This document shows positions 40,820-50,761 of a DNA stretch of 62,908 nucleotides, one piece after another; the first letter of the stretch is position 1, and each line of letters starts with the position of its first letter. The notes below the pieces were generated by a model that was not told the origin of the DNA, did not search any database, and worked only from the letters and a program-made list of their open reading frames with translations. The DNA lies in assembly GCA_903854215.1 (NCBI GenBank), contig CAINVT010000035.1, forward strand, positions 1 to 62,908. The letters run 5' to 3'. A program made the translations under genes and the position numbers. The DNA comes from an uncultured bacterium (GTDB lineage Bacteria; Patescibacteriota; Minisyncoccia; Phycocordibacterales; UBA2100).

Positions 40820-43800
40820 ATGAAATTAAAGTTTAAGCAGCAACAGTACCAGATCGATGCCACGGATGCGATCGTACGCGTGTTTGCGGGGCAGGACAAG
40901 GGGTATCGCAAAGAAACCGTCGGGCGGCGGGTGGAGGGCAGCGGGAGCTTTTGGCAGAAGGAGGTTGCGGATGAGATTTTTTCAAACAAAAAACTTAGTA
41001 TCGATGACCGCGCGATCCTCAAGAATGTTCAGGAGCTCCAAAAAGAGCAGGGCATAACCGTAGTCAAAAAACTTGAGGGATTGAATTTTACGGTCGAAAT
41101 GGAAACAGGTACGGGCAAAACTTACGTTTACACGAGGGCGATGTTTGAATTGAATAAAGAATATGGTTGGAATAAGTTCATTATCATGGTCCCCTCAATT
41201 GCTATTCGTGAGGGAGTACACAAATCGCTCGAGATCACTGCCGAGCACTTTCAAGAAATCTATGGAAAGAAGATCCGATTCTTTATTTACGATACAAAGA
41301 ACAAGTCAAACTTGGTGAACATCAAGTCCTTTGCCAGTACGTCGAATATCGAGGTGATCGTGATGAACTACCAAGCCTTCGGACGCAAAGGCAAAGACGC
41401 GCTCAAGATGTTCCAAAAGCTCGACGAGATGCAGTCGGAGCGGCCAATCGACATCATCAAGCGCGCACGGCCGATACTCATCATCGACGAGCCGCAGCGC
41501 TTCGGAGACACCGCCGAGTCGATGCTTGCAGAGTTCACGCCGCTCTTCATCACGCGCTATTCAGCTACGCACAAAAAAGACTACAACAAGGTATATCGTC
41601 TTGACGCTATCGATGCCTACAACCAAAAGCTCGTGAAGAAGATCAAGGTGAAGGGTGTTGAGGTGAAGGGGAATATGGGTATGAACAGTTATTTGTTCTT
41701 GGACCGAATCCATGTGAGCGACAATGCCTATCCGACGGCGACTGTGCAAATGGAGCTCGAGATGAAGCAGGCGGGTGGCATTAAAAAAGTACTGAAACGG
41801 ATCAAAGAACAGGATGACCTCTTTGCGCTTTCTGGCGAAATGGCGCAATACAAAGGCTTTGTTGTGAAAGAGATCAACGCGCATACCAACACGGTCTCGT
41901 TCGTAAACGGCGTGTCGCTCTCGGTGGGGCAGGTCCTTGGTGATGTAGACGAGAATCATGTGCGCACCATTCAGATACGCGAAGCAATTGCTTCGCATCT
42001 CGAAAAAGAGCGGGAGTTATTTGCGCGAGGGATCAAGGTGCTTACGCTTTTCTTCATCGACGAAGTGGCGAAATATCGCGCCTATGACGAAAAAGGGAAT
42101 CAGGTGCGATCTGAATATGAGGAGATATTCGAGCGTGAATATGAACATGCTACGGCACAGAGGGAACTATTTGATGCCGAATACGGGGCATACCTTGAGT
42201 CATTCAAGCCCAATCAGGTCCATAATGGATATTTTTCCATAGACAAAAAGGGTCGATGGGTAGATTCAACAGAGTCACGAGGCCAAGAAGGTAGTGATGA
42301 TGTGAATGCCTACGACCTCATTATGAAAAATAAGGAACAGCTCTTGAGTTTTAAAGAGCCGACACGCTTTATTTTTTCACATTCTGCACTGCGTGAGGGA
42401 TGGGACAATCCGAACATATTTCAGATTTGTACCTTGAAGCACAGCGAGTCGACGATGAGCAAGCGTCAGGAAATAGGGCGCGGGTTACGTATTGCCGTCA
42501 ATGATGATGGTGATCGCATGGACGAGAGTGTGCTTGAGGGAGAATTCTTTGATGTGAACACGCTTACGGTCATCGCCAGCGAGTCCTATGATACGTTTGC
42601 AAAACAACTGCAAAAGGAGATTTTGGATTCTTTGTCGGAACGGCCTTCTCGAATGGGGGTCGGCGTACTCAAGGGTAGAATGCTCAAAAACAAAGACGGC
42701 GAGACGCTTACGTTTGATGAGACATCTGCGATGAAGTTGATTATCGATTTTCAGAAGAAGGAATACCTTGATGATGACTTCAAGATTACAGAAAAGCTTG
42801 CCGTAGCGATTGAAAATGACGAGGTCGAGGTCCCCGCCAATCTTTTGAAATTCAAATCAGAATTGACTGAGATGCTCGCAAAAGTACACGCGACGAGTAC
42901 ATTCAAGGCGGCCGAGGATGACAGAGCGACAAACGTGAATGAGATGCAACTGCGGCCGAATGAAAATTTCGCCAAGAAGGAATTTCAGGACTTATGGAGC
43001 AAGATCAAGGTAAAGACGGTGTACGATGTCGCCTTTGACTCGAAGGAGTTGGTAGACAAGTGTGTAAAAGCCATTGATGCGTATCTGGAGGTAAGTACAG
43101 TAACGATACGCATCACAGAGGGCGAACAGGCTCACGAATTAAGCCAAGAACAGTTGGAAAAAGGGGAATCACTCTCCAAGACGGCGAGTCAGATCGAGCG
43201 AACAGAAAGCATGTTGGGTAGTATCAAATATGACCTTATTGCAGAGATAGCAAAGGAGGCGAATATTACTCGCAAAACCACAGGAGAAATTCTGTCAAAA
43301 ATCAGCCCCGCCAAGTTTGCCCTCTTCCGAGCCAACCCCGAGCACTTTATCCGTGAGGTTGCTCGACACATCAATGAGGAAAAAGCGGCAACGCTGATCA
43401 ACAACATCACCTATCGCAAGACCGATCACGTGTACGAGGACGATATTTTTACGATCAACAATTTTCGCGGCTCTTTAAGCGAGAACGTACTTGAGGTAAA
43501 GAAGCACGTATATAAATATGTAAAAACTCAGTCGGATGTAGAGCGCAAATTTGCGAAAGATTTAGAACTTGAGGGGAGCAAGGTGCTCGTGTATGCGAAA
43601 CTCCCGAACGGCTTCAAGATACCGACACCCGTGGGGAACTACAATCCGGACTGGGCAATCGTGTTTGATGATAAAGAAGTGAAATATATTTACTTTATCG
43701 CTGAGACAAAAGGAAGCATGAGTACGCTCCAATTAAAGGGGGTCGAGAAACAGAAGATAGGCTATGCCAAAAAACACTTTGAATCTCTCGCCGAAGCAAG

Positions 43801-43858
43801 TATCAAATACGATGTAGTCGATAGCTATGAAACTCTGATGCAAAAAGTGATGTCTTAG
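40820..43858 (+). CDS. res: Type III RM restriction subunit (Res)
   Basis: EMETGTGKT, IIDEPQ, YSATH, LREGWDNPN, YNPDWA...IAETKG nuclease. Confidence 0.95.
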   Translation: MKLKFKQQQYQIDATDAIVRVFAGQDKGYRKETVGRRVEGSGSFWQKEVADEIFSNKKLSIDDRAILKNVQELQKEQGITVVKKLEGLNFTVEMETGTGKTYVYTRAMFELNKEYGWNKFIIMVPSIAIREGVHKSLEITAEHFQEIYGKKIRFFIYDTKNKSNLVNIKSFASTSNIEVIVMNYQAFGRKGKDALKMFQKLDEMQSERPIDIIKRARPILIIDEPQRFGDTAESMLAEFTPLFITRYSATHKKDYNKVYRLDAIDAYNQKLVKKIKVKGVEVKGNMGMNSYLFLDRIHVSDNAYPTATVQMELEMKQAGGIKKVLKRIKEQDDLFALSGEMAQYKGFVVKEINAHTNTVSFVNGVSLSVGQVLGDVDENHVRTIQIREAIASHLEKERELFARGIKVLTLFFIDEVAKYRAYDEKGNQVRSEYEEIFEREYEHATAQRELFDAEYGAYLESFKPNQVHNGYFSIDKKGRWVDSTESRGQEGSDDVNAYDLIMKNKEQLLSFKEPTRFIFSHSALREGWDNPNIFQICTLKHSESTMSKRQEIGRGLRIAVNDDGDRMDESVLEGEFFDVNTLTVIASESYDTFAKQLQKEILDSLSERPSRMGVGVLKGRMLKNKDGETLTFDETSAMKLIIDFQKKEYLDDDFKITEKLAVAIENDEVEVPANLLKFKSELTEMLAKVHATSTFKAAEDDRATNVNEMQLRPNENFAKKEFQDLWSKIKVKTVYDVAFDSKELVDKCVKAIDAYLEVSTVTIRITEGEQAHELSQEQLEKGESLSKTASQIERTESMLGSIKYDLIAEIAKEANITRKTTGEILSKISPAKFALFRANPEHFIREVARHINEEKAATLINNITYRKTDHVYEDDIFTINNFRGSLSENVLEVKKHVYKYVKTQSDVERKFAKDLELEGSKVLVYAKLPNGFKIPTPVGNYNPDWAIVFDDKEVKYIYFIAETKGSMSTLQLKGVEKQKIGYAKKHFESLAEASIKYDVVDSYETLMQKVMS

Positions 43859-43927
43859 CCCATATTATTAAACAATAACCCGCCTGTATTCGAATTGAAG
43901 AAAGTATGTATTTGATAAATAAATAAT

Positions 43928-44431
43928 ATGGATTATCGAAATTACTATAATTTAGAGGAGTATCTTTTTCGAGAAGTCGGACCTAAGTTTCGAAAAGAAG
44001 GAGTCTTAAGTACGGCAGACTTTTTCTGTGTTGTTATCTGGAAAGCCAATAGATCGAAAACTAAGATAAAGAAGAAGTTGTCTAAAGATAAATCGCTCGC
44101 GGTATCCGTGAAAGAGATAAGTACCGCGATAGCTAATGCAAAAACCAAGGAAGAGAAGCTTGATGTTTTGAGGAAGGAATGGAAATTTGGTTTGCCGATG
44201 GCGACGGCCATTCTAAGCGTTCTATATCCGGAAGAATTTACAGTCTATGATTATCGTGTCCGTAAACAGTTGCAATTGCGTGATATATATAGTTCTAAAA
44301 AATATTTTACTGAGTTTTTGCCTCAGGTTATAACATATAAAAATTCCAAAGGTATCAGCTTAAGAGAAGCGGATAAGGAACTATGGGGAAAATCAGCATA
44401 CGATGACTTGATGAAATTAATAGGAACATAA
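43928..44431 (+). CDS. Hypothetical protein (possible HhH-like)
   Basis: IWKA...GLPMATAILSVLYPEEFTVYDYRV. Confidence 0.6.
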   Translation: MDYRNYYNLEEYLFREVGPKFRKEGVLSTADFFCVVIWKANRSKTKIKKKLSKDKSLAVSVKEISTAIANAKTKEEKLDVLRKEWKFGLPMATAILSVLYPEEFTVYDYRVRKQLQLRDIYSSKKYFTEFLPQVITYKNSKGISLREADKELWGKSAYDDLMKLIGT

Positions 44432-44551
44432 GCAAGTGTGACTATGGACCCGGAAGAAATACTTGAGTTAGTGAAAGATGGGGTTATCGAACCCGACCAG
44501 ATCCAGGATTTTGAGGCGCTTGATTCGGAGATACAGCAACTGGTCGGGGGA

Positions 44552-45308
44552 AGGGGGACAGGCACATTTATTTTGATGAACCTGTGAGATACTAATTCGT
44601 ATATGGGTCGGGTCGCCCGTGTCGATATCGGCAATCAGGTATATCACGTCATCAACCGCGCGGTTGGTCGTTTCAGAATATTCGACTCTTCGGCTGATTA
44701 CAAACTTTTCATCAATCTAATGCATGAGGCAAGGTTGATGACCGATATGCGTATCCTAGCTTTCGTCATCATGCCAAATCATTGGCATCTTCTGCTGTAT
44801 CCGCATTCTGACGGAGATCTCGGAGTATTCATGCACTGGCTCACTAATGCTCATACGCGCCGCGTCCATGCACAGACGAAAACAGTCGGGACCGGCCCGC
44901 TCTATCAAGGCCGCTACAAGTCGTTTCTGATAGAGAACGACACGCATCTGTTAACGGTCATGAAGTACATCGAGCGCAATCCTGTGCGAGCGGGACTCTC
45001 CCAATCCGTCGAGGAGTGGTTGTGGGGAAGTGCGCACCATCGACTTACGACGACAGATGCTGTGAAGTTTATAGATGAGTCTCCTGTTCTGTTGCCGCAC
45101 GATTATGGCGGTTGGGTCAATACCCCAGACAGAGAAGACGATCTGGCTCAGATTCGCACCTCAATAAAGAAAAACCGACCATGCGGCTCGGTCGATTGGG
45201 TATCGCAGATGGTGGATCGATTTGCTTTGGATGGTACGATACGAGAGAGGGGAAGGCCAATGTCGCATTAGGATACATACGGAGGAAAATAAATGTGCCT
45301 GTCCCCCT
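44552..45308. mobile_element. RAYT unit bounded by perfect 23-bp inverted repeats
   Basis: AGGGGGACAGGCACATTTATTTT (44552-44574) and its reverse complement (45286-45308). Confidence 0.8.
44603..45271 (+). CDS. REP-associated tyrosine (Y1/HUH) transposase
   Basis: YHVINR, MPNHWHLL, YIERNPVRAG. Confidence 0.92.
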   Translation: MGRVARVDIGNQVYHVINRAVGRFRIFDSSADYKLFINLMHEARLMTDMRILAFVIMPNHWHLLLYPHSDGDLGVFMHWLTNAHTRRVHAQTKTVGTGPLYQGRYKSFLIENDTHLLTVMKYIERNPVRAGLSQSVEEWLWGSAHHRLTTTDAVKFIDESPVLLPHDYGGWVNTPDREDDLAQIRTSIKKNRPCGSVDWVSQMVDRFALDGTIRERGRPMSH

Positions 45309-45676
45309 CCCTTGAAGATCCTCATACTTGATTGAAAGCATGTGCTGGTCAGGCTCGGGGATAGTTGGAATACCTTGCTTATTCATGCGTAGACGCATAA
45401 CAAGGATATTCAGGACAGCTAAAATGTTGGAATCTTTCGGGTTCACGTCAGCATTGAATCACTATGGAACAAGGTGTCAATCGGCGCACCGCCCATCGCC
45501 GCCCCTATACGCCACGGCGTACAGGGAACCCGTAGCGGCGAGCCCCATGTGAGCGGTGCGTGGAGAATCCGCAACCGCGAAGCCAACCACCTTGTTTTTC
45601 CGCTTCTGATTTCAAACAATAAGTGGTATAGTTGGTTGCATCGAAAATACGATTTAAGTCGCGATCCTCGAACGGT

Positions 45677-45817
45677 ATGGATTTAATTATAAATGTCGTC
45701 ATACTGGCTGTTCTAGCTTTTATCGCCTATCATATTTGGTATATTCATGATCTATTAGACAACCTCAACGAGAATTTTAAAGATTTCTTCAAAGAGTGGC
45801 TGGGTGAAGATAAATAA
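45677..45817 (+). CDS. Small single-TM protein
   Basis: MDLIINVVILAVLAFIAYHIW...; first of tightly packed AT-rich ORFs. Confidence 0.45.
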   Translation: MDLIINVVILAVLAFIAYHIWYIHDLLDNLNENFKDFFKEWLGEDK

Positions 45818-45818
45818 T

Positions 45819-46040
45819 ATGTATATAAAAATCAGAGATTTATTTGATTCAAGCGAAAATGGTTTCTATAAATATAAGGGTGAATTCCCACTACAAGTTG
45901 GTGACAAACTTATTCAAATCGACCAGCAGATAGATTTAAAGCAATTGAATCTGGAGAATGTTTTTAAGGATGACGGGACGCTGCACCTAATTCTTGTCGA
46001 TCGCGTCTACCATTTAAATGGCAGCTCATTTTCTGTTTGA
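45819..46040 (+). CDS. Hypothetical protein
   Basis: Packed ORF in AT-rich cluster. Confidence 0.45.
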   Translation: MYIKIRDLFDSSENGFYKYKGEFPLQVGDKLIQIDQQIDLKQLNLENVFKDDGTLHLILVDRVYHLNGSSFSV

Positions 46041-46051
46041 TTTAAAACCGC

Positions 46052-46600
46052 ATGAAAAATGCATTCAAAAGGATTTTTACTTTTCCACGCCCTGAGCTCG
46101 AACGCTTCTGGTGGCATAGAATGTTAAAGATTCTTATTTTCGTGAGTACCGCTATTGTTTTCCTTTTTTCGATTCACTGGGCAAATGATTTTTTCAAGCC
46201 CTACGTTGTCTATTCCTTTAATCAAAATTTCTCGCAGTATACAAAGCAATATCGAACGGAAGACTGTTCGGTATCAAATTTATGTGCGGAAAATGCGGAC
46301 TTTTTCGTTGGATCTTATTCTTTATCTGGCCAACCTGGGGCGGAGGATTATGTAACTAATTTAGACAATCAAGGTTTGAACTCGGATCAAATTGTTCAAA
46401 AAATGCAAACAGACGGCTTGCTTTATAATCTAAAGGCTGTTGATCTCCAAAATGATTTTTATGGAACTTATGAGGAAATAATATACATAATCTTGTTACC
46501 ATTGCTTTGGTATTTAGTCTCCGTGCAGCTTCTCTATAGAATTGTTGTCTATATTATCGTTGGACGTATCAATCCTAAAAAGAGAACACATGACGAGTAG
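46052..46600 (+). CDS. Hypothetical two-TM membrane protein
   Basis: WWHRMLKILIF... TM at both ends. Confidence 0.65.
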   Translation: MKNAFKRIFTFPRPELERFWWHRMLKILIFVSTAIVFLFSIHWANDFFKPYVVYSFNQNFSQYTKQYRTEDCSVSNLCAENADFFVGSYSLSGQPGAEDYVTNLDNQGLNSDQIVQKMQTDGLLYNLKAVDLQNDFYGTYEEIIYIILLPLLWYLVSVQLLYRIVVYIIVGRINPKKRTHDE

Positions 46601-47198
46601 CAGTATTCAATTAAAACAATTGGGGCAAGATTTTGAATCACTGCCAGCAGAAGCTGTTTTTCAATTCAAAGAGAGGCGATATGATGAGTTTCTCATATCA
46701 TCTGAAAGGATTTTGCATATCAATCCTAATAATCTAGCTGCACTTCTATACAAAGGCATAGCTATGCAGGAAAGAGAGGAATACCAAGAAGCGATTGCCT
46801 GCTTTCAGAAAGTAAATGAGCAATGTCCGTTTTTCCCTCATTCATGGTTTTGCAAAGGAGAATGTCTATTGAGAACAGGTGAATACGACGAGACGCTTAA
46901 TGCATTTAAGGAATTTACCTCTTTAAATCCTAAAAAGTCTCTTGGATGGTGTTTCTCTGCCCTGACTTTCTTTCTGATGGGTAAAGAAGCATTATCAGTC
47001 GCCCTACTTGAGCATGCTTATGATGAAGTCGAAGATAAATCGCAAGTTTTACTTTGCAAAGGAATTCTCGAAGAATATAGAGGCACTTCAAGTGAGGCCC
47101 TTATAAGTTATATACAAAGTCAGATGATGGAGAAAGATGAGAAAGAAGTGACTGCCGAAAGAATCTATAATCTTGTGAACGAGAGTAGAGAAAAGTGA
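46590..47198 (+). CDS. Tetratricopeptide-repeat protein
   Basis: ALLYKGIA...YQEAIACF, SWFCKGECL...YDETLNAF repeats. Confidence 0.75.
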   Translation: MTSSSIQLKQLGQDFESLPAEAVFQFKERRYDEFLISSERILHINPNNLAALLYKGIAMQEREEYQEAIACFQKVNEQCPFFPHSWFCKGECLLRTGEYDETLNAFKEFTSLNPKKSLGWCFSALTFFLMGKEALSVALLEHAYDEVEDKSQVLLCKGILEEYRGTSSEALISYIQSQMMEKDEKEVTAERIYNLVNESREK

Positions 47199-47255
47199 CT
47201 TTAAATTCCAATCAAGTATGAATTATAGAGTAATCAGGCCAGTTCTAACATCGTC

Positions 47256-47612
47256 ATGTTTTATAAATTTCTGAATAGAGGAATAAGTGTGAAGATATCG
47301 GAACTTCATCCGGTAGCAATAAAGTATTTAAGTAATGATCTAGAGAAAAATTATGACGAAGCTGTTGCGGAGAGATTGAGAGTATTTAGGAATTATGCAC
47401 TGCTCTACAAACGTTTTGAAACAGATCAAAAGCGGCTTTACATGATTAATAGAAACTACTTAAGTTTTCTTAAGGCAATAATATTTTTATATCGCACAAG
47501 TCAGGCTTCTGTATCAGCTGGCGTGCTTACCGCACCAGAAGAAATTTATCGAACTATAAATGCAGTAAATGAATCCTTTCAAGTCGCTACAGAATCGTTG
47601 TCTCTTGGTTAG
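47256..47612 (+). CDS. Hypothetical protein
   Basis: 118 aa ORF. Confidence 0.5.
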   Translation: MFYKFLNRGISVKISELHPVAIKYLSNDLEKNYDEAVAERLRVFRNYALLYKRFETDQKRLYMINRNYLSFLKAIIFLYRTSQASVSAGVLTAPEEIYRTINAVNESFQVATESLSLG

Positions 47613-47740
47613 CATGTCAGCAAAGCAAAGATAAATATAAACAAATTACTAATGACTACTTAAAACGGCTCAATTCTGTCAGAAAAGTTCTATCATCGTC
47701 CCATACGGCCAGCAAGAGTTTTAACTGCTAGAATAAACAC

Positions 47741-48196
47741 ATGTCACGCCACCCAATCGCACAAGAGTATCAGTGGAGTATCTTAAAAGAGTACGAGTAT
47801 TGGACTTTACTATTATACGAGAAACCAACACCGTTTCTCGGCAGAGCAGTTGTATGGCTTGCCCGCGACGGTGATATGCAACGTTACTCGGAACTCACCA
47901 TCGCTGAACTGACAGAACTTAAGCAAGTCATCTTGGAATATGAGACGGTACTCGCGAATCTATGGAAACCCGACCACATGAATTATATGTGGCTCGGAAA
48001 TTTTTTCCACGAGCACGCAGGACATGGCCACATGCATCTTTTTCCCCGCTATAAGGAGCCACGCGAATTTGATGGAGTGGATTTTATAGATACAAGGTAT
48101 GGTGCATTCCACTTCCCGTATGAAAACCCTCAATTCTCACGAAAACAAATGGAGAAAGTATGCGACGTGATAAAAGAACAATTCAAAAACATCTAA
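47741..48196 (+). CDS. HIT-family hydrolase
   Basis: PDHMNYMWLGN...HGHMHLFPRY. Confidence 0.8.
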   Translation: MSRHPIAQEYQWSILKEYEYWTLLLYEKPTPFLGRAVVWLARDGDMQRYSELTIAELTELKQVILEYETVLANLWKPDHMNYMWLGNFFHEHAGHGHMHLFPRYKEPREFDGVDFIDTRYGAFHFPYENPQFSRKQMEKVCDVIKEQFKNI

Positions 48197-48347
48197 ATGT
48201 TCCAACAAAGTCCAAATCTCCTCAAGGATGGCTCAACTCTGTTAGAAAAGTTCCAACATCGTTCCAGACCCCTAGCCAGTCTGAAAAAGAAGCATTTGAA
48301 GGGTCACAATTAATCCGCCGCTTATGTGACATTTTTCCCCCATTTTC

Positions 48348-48947
48348 CTACGGCTTTATTTTCCTAAAGATACATCGATAGATATGCCAGTGCTTCACCT
48401 TATTGTGTAGAACATCTGATTGGTCATGTTCAACCTCATCGAAATACATACACTGCAAGTCTGAGAATAGTTCCAAGACCTCTTGTTTTGAAAAGAATGA
48501 CATATCGGGACGAGATGCCCAGTCGTCTTTATGGCCGAGTAATGTAATGCAAAGTACGCCGTTTATGGTCAGACCGTCTTGTATTCCGAGGATAACTTTT
48601 TTGATCAAAGCGCTCGAAAGAAAAGGTAATGAATTAAGCGCAACGATAAGCGAATAGTGGTTTGGTGCAATTTGATATTCAGCGATATCGAGCGCTGTAA
48701 CCGTAAGATCGCGATTTTGCATCTCCGAAGCTATTGCAAGGATGATCGGGTCGCGATCTACTGCGTCAACAGTAAAGCCTGCCGCAAGCAATGCTCGTGC
48801 CTCATTTAACGCTCCTGCACCGAGATCCAAGGCATACCCATCATGATTCATTTGAATCTCGATCGCTTTTTTGATCAATATATGTGGCGCTCTGTTCCGT
48901 GTGAGAGCCGCATATGAATCTTCCGTGCCCGATTCCTTCTTTTGCAT
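48348..48947 (-). CDS. Class I SAM-dependent methyltransferase (TehB-like)
   Basis: ALDLGAGA, VDAVD, C-terminal KHWHIY. Confidence 0.8.
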   Translation of the reverse strand: MQKKESGTEDSYAALTRNRAPHILIKKAIEIQMNHDGYALDLGAGALNEARALLAAGFTVDAVDRDPIILAIASEMQNRDLTVTALDIAEYQIAPNHYSLIVALNSLPFLSSALIKKVILGIQDGLTINGVLCITLLGHKDDWASRPDMSFFSKQEVLELFSDLQCMYFDEVEHDQSDVLHNKVKHWHIYRCIFRKIKP

Positions 48948-49084
48948 GAACTGAACTATATCAAGAATTTAGCACGGTGCTCATTTCAATAGAAAGCGAT
49001 GTAATTTTAAAGTACAGGGGAAGGGGGGAAGGAGGGGAAGGGGGACCCCTCCCAACGTCGTACCAAACTCCCAGCTCGAAATTC

Positions 49085-49120
49085 AAAAGAAAATCCGCGG
49101 CAGCTTTTGGCCACCGCGGA
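49085..49120 (-). terminator. Intrinsic terminator of the candidate ncRNA
   Basis: TCCGCGG...CCGCGGA hairpin followed on minus strand by TTTTCTTTT. Confidence 0.65.
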
Positions 49121-49488
49121 CTGATATGTGGGGAGAGGCGTACTAGTCGCTCATTCGAACTCGCTTTCGCTGCGCCTACACCTTACGGCTTAAGCTCGCA
49201 CGCGTGATTTCTCCCCGACGAAGAGACACTTAGGCTTGGGGGGATCACTGTAAGCCAGCGGCTTGTGATACCCCCATGTTCAGGTTGGGCTTGTCGCAGC
49301 TTACCCCTACTCGATCTCCTTTGAATGAGGCACACTGTACGAGACTTTGGGGCCCGAAAGCCCCACCCTCTGTGGTTGACTCACTAAGTCATTCCAGATC
49401 GCTTTCAAAGGATCATAGGCCTGGTCCGGTTTTGGATACGACACCTATTCCCGGAGTCTCACTGTTGATCTCTCATCTCCTCGTCCTA
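49085..49488 (-). ncRNA. Candidate large structured ncRNA (~400 nt), family not recognised
   Basis: Many nested helices, UUCG/GNRA tetraloops on minus strand, TGCTACATT upstream, terminator at 3' end, no credible ORF. Confidence 0.6.
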
Positions 49489-49652
49489 CTAAAAATGTAG
49501 CACAAGCACTATCGGTGAACAATGTTGAATGTTTAGAAAAGTTCTAAACATCGTCCCACACCCCCAGCAGTCTAGTCTTAGTTCGGATGGGGTAGAGGGG
49601 TTCCACCATCGTCCCAGCCCCCAGTAAGTAGTTTCTTGCTATAATTCTTGGA

Positions 49653-49895
49653 ATGCAGCCGAAAAATACTAAGAAATTGACTCCTGTTTTGAGGGCCTTG
49701 ATCGAGGTCAGCTTTATCATTTTTCTTTTTTACTCAAACCTTCTAATGGGTGAATTCTTACAGTCCGGGCCGGGGCAAAGCAGGGGATTGTTATGGGCGG
49801 TCCGCAACATCTTCACAGAAGCAAATTTCGTCATCGCCATAACCTCGGCAGTCGTCGGTTACATAGTCTTTGAATTTTTGAGAAAAAGATTGTGA
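49653..49895 (+). CDS. Small two-TM membrane protein
   Basis: IIFLFYSNLLMGEF; TGCTATAAT 7 nt before ATG. Confidence 0.7.
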   Translation: MQPKNTKKLTPVLRALIEVSFIIFLFYSNLLMGEFLQSGPGQSRGLLWAVRNIFTEANFVIAITSAVVGYIVFEFLRKRL

Positions 49896-49956
49896 TCAGC
49901 ATTGAAGAAAGTCCCAACATCGTCCCGTACAGCCAGCTCGGTGTTACAATCTACAC

Positions 49957-50265
49957 ATGGCATGGTATCTCTATATAGCGAGTTTCTTCGCCGGAATCTT
50001 TTTGGCGAACGCGGTCCCGCATTTCGTGCAGGGTGTTTCGGGAAATACATTTCCCACACCGTTCGCCAAACCGCACGGTAGGGGACTTTCATCTGCGACA
50101 GTCAATGTGGTGTGGGCGCTGTTTAATGTGGTAGTCGGATATCTACTATTGGTAGTAGGGCACGTGAATTCCGGCAACGTACCGTCACTCATCGTTTTCT
50201 TTATCGGCGTTGCGGCAATCAGTATCATGTCGAGCGTCAATTTTCAGAAGAAAGAGAGAGAATGA
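49957..50265 (+). CDS. Small membrane protein
   Basis: LANAVPHFVQGVSG-FPTPFA-P-GRGLSS; TGTTACAAT 6 nt before ATG. Confidence 0.75.
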   Translation: MAWYLYIASFFAGIFLANAVPHFVQGVSGNTFPTPFAKPHGRGLSSATVNVVWALFNVVVGYLLLVVGHVNSGNVPSLIVFFIGVAAISIMSSVNFQKKERE

Positions 50266-50348
50266 TCGAAAGTTCCTACATCCGTCCAAACTCACGGAAA
50301 GAATGGGGATAAGTTCGATATATCATGCTTGTTTGTTAAGCTTGTTGA

Positions 50349-50672
50349 ATGAAAAAAGATCACAGATCCGGCGGCAAATACACGGGCAGTCATACGACCG
50401 TCATCCCCGCCGCGGGATTGTTGACTGACATTGCTGACCAGCAGCCCGAAGTGACGAAGATAGCTTTGGGATACATTAAGGCCGGTTTGCCGTCAGCGGC
50501 AGGGAAGCGGCGTGCAAAAATCACCGAGCGGCTGGGCAATCTTCTGCTGTCGGTACGGGATAATGTTTCGCAACAAGAAATAACGGTATACTCGACGGAT
50601 CTCAAACAGTCGAAACGCGCACTGTATCAAGGCGCGCTCAAATTCGGTATCGAAGTTTCTTTCGTGGATTGA
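50349..50672 (+). CDS. DUF2103-like protein
   Basis: GGKYTGSHTTVI N-terminal motif, QEITVY. Confidence 0.55.
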   Translation: MKKDHRSGGKYTGSHTTVIPAAGLLTDIADQQPEVTKIALGYIKAGLPSAAGKRRAKITERLGNLLLSVRDNVSQQEITVYSTDLKQSKRALYQGALKFGIEVSFVD

Positions 50673-50761
50673 AGGGATGCGGTCAACAGTCATTCTCATT
50701 TTCTATAACTCCGCAGACAGTCATCCATTTCAAAATCCGCAGACTCGTGTATAACTGCTCT

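Larger units (their letters stand above)
27994..50296. mobile_element. tRNA-Gln-anchored genomic island (defence cargo plus att-like repeat array); right boundary uncertain, possibly ~52.1 kb
   Basis: Starts at tRNA 3' end, visibly AT-richer, contains serine recombinase and defence genes, tRNA-3'-like repeats at the distal end. Confidence 0.6.

Noticed and set aside
45424..45438. Inverted copy of the att-like repeat (ATGTTGGAATCTTT)
   Set aside because: Only the left half matches, imperfectly; could be chance
49085..49488. tmRNA, RNase P, SRP RNA or self-splicing intron
   Set aside because: No GAGGAAAGUCC, no SRP GGAA loop motif, no tmRNA T-arm/CCA end, no group II domain V, group I core not recognisable
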